A DNA stretch of 64,000 bases from Vicugna vicugna (taxonomy: Eukaryota): the NCBI GenBank assembly GCA_013265495.1, contig MU058636.1, positions 5,801,741 through 5,865,740 of the forward strand, in the 5' to 3' direction. Of this stretch, positions 63,709 to 64,000 are shown one piece after another. A program made the translations under genes and the position numbers. A model generated the notes under the pieces. It saw only the letters and a list, made by a program, of their open reading frames with translations. It was not told the origin of the DNA and searched no databases. Position 1 is the first letter of the stretch. Each line of letters starts with the position of its first letter.

Positions 63709-63896
63709 GGGATTGCCAGATAAAATACAGAAGATCAATTAGATTTTAATTTCAGGTAAACAGTGAGTATTTTTGTATAAGTATGCCCATGCAATATTAC
63801 TGCAAATATTGCATGGGCATAATTACACTAAAAGGTTATCTGAAATTCAAATTTAACTGGGCCTTCTGTATTTTCATTTGTGAAATCTGGGAACTT
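63709..63896. mobile_element. MER53 palindromic hAT MITE
   Basis: 'ggattgccagataaaatacag...aatttcaggtaaaca...gtataagtatgcccatgcaatatt...ttatctgaaattcaaatttaactgggccttctgtatttt'. Confidence 0.85.
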
Positions 63897-64000
63897 CAGA
63901 TAAGTGTCTTTCCTGTGCACTGCTGTCCCCTCCACACCATTTCTCCTTCTTTGGAACCTGGCAACTTTGAAACACGTCTTCAGACTCCACTTTCTACTAC

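Noticed and set aside
1..64000. ORF track entries (60-167 aa) as host genes or a novel gene system
   Set aside because: All are short, many use non-ATG starts, and most overlap repeats or simple sequence. The only recognisable peptides are L1 ORF2 remnants. There is no exon chain, operon-like layout, CRISPR array or CpG-island promoter.

Overview
AT-rich, CpG-depleted mammalian non-coding DNA (intergenic or deep intronic), most likely from a camelid: a Vic-1-type tRNA-Ala-derived SINE lies at ~60.5 kb, and I see no Alu, BovA/BovB, PRE1 or Can-SINE. I cannot support any host protein-coding gene, functional RNA gene, CRISPR array or novel multi-gene system. The only ORFs with recognisable protein are decayed L1 ORF2 fragments. 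Most of the window is layered transposon debris: L1 of several ages, HAL1-like, L2, MIR, MaLR/ERVL/ERV1 LTRs, and Tigger1, MER53, MER94, MER5 and MER45 DNA transposons, plus microsatellites. The most notable directly visible structures are a near-identical 281-bp-period tandem duplication carrying a Tigger1 end (52.6-53.2 kb), a twin-primed inverted L1 with TSD (7.3-7.9 kb), an L1 ORF2 with an in-frame deletion of the RT catalytic core (36.3 kb), a MER53 hairpin with a perfected 17-bp core (63.8 kb), two strong CTCF-like motifs, and a CpG-retaining unique segment with a Kozak-context 50-aa ORF (10.2-10.6 kb). Repeat family names come from my recollection of consensus sequences, not from a database search, and boundaries are approximate unless a TSD is quoted.
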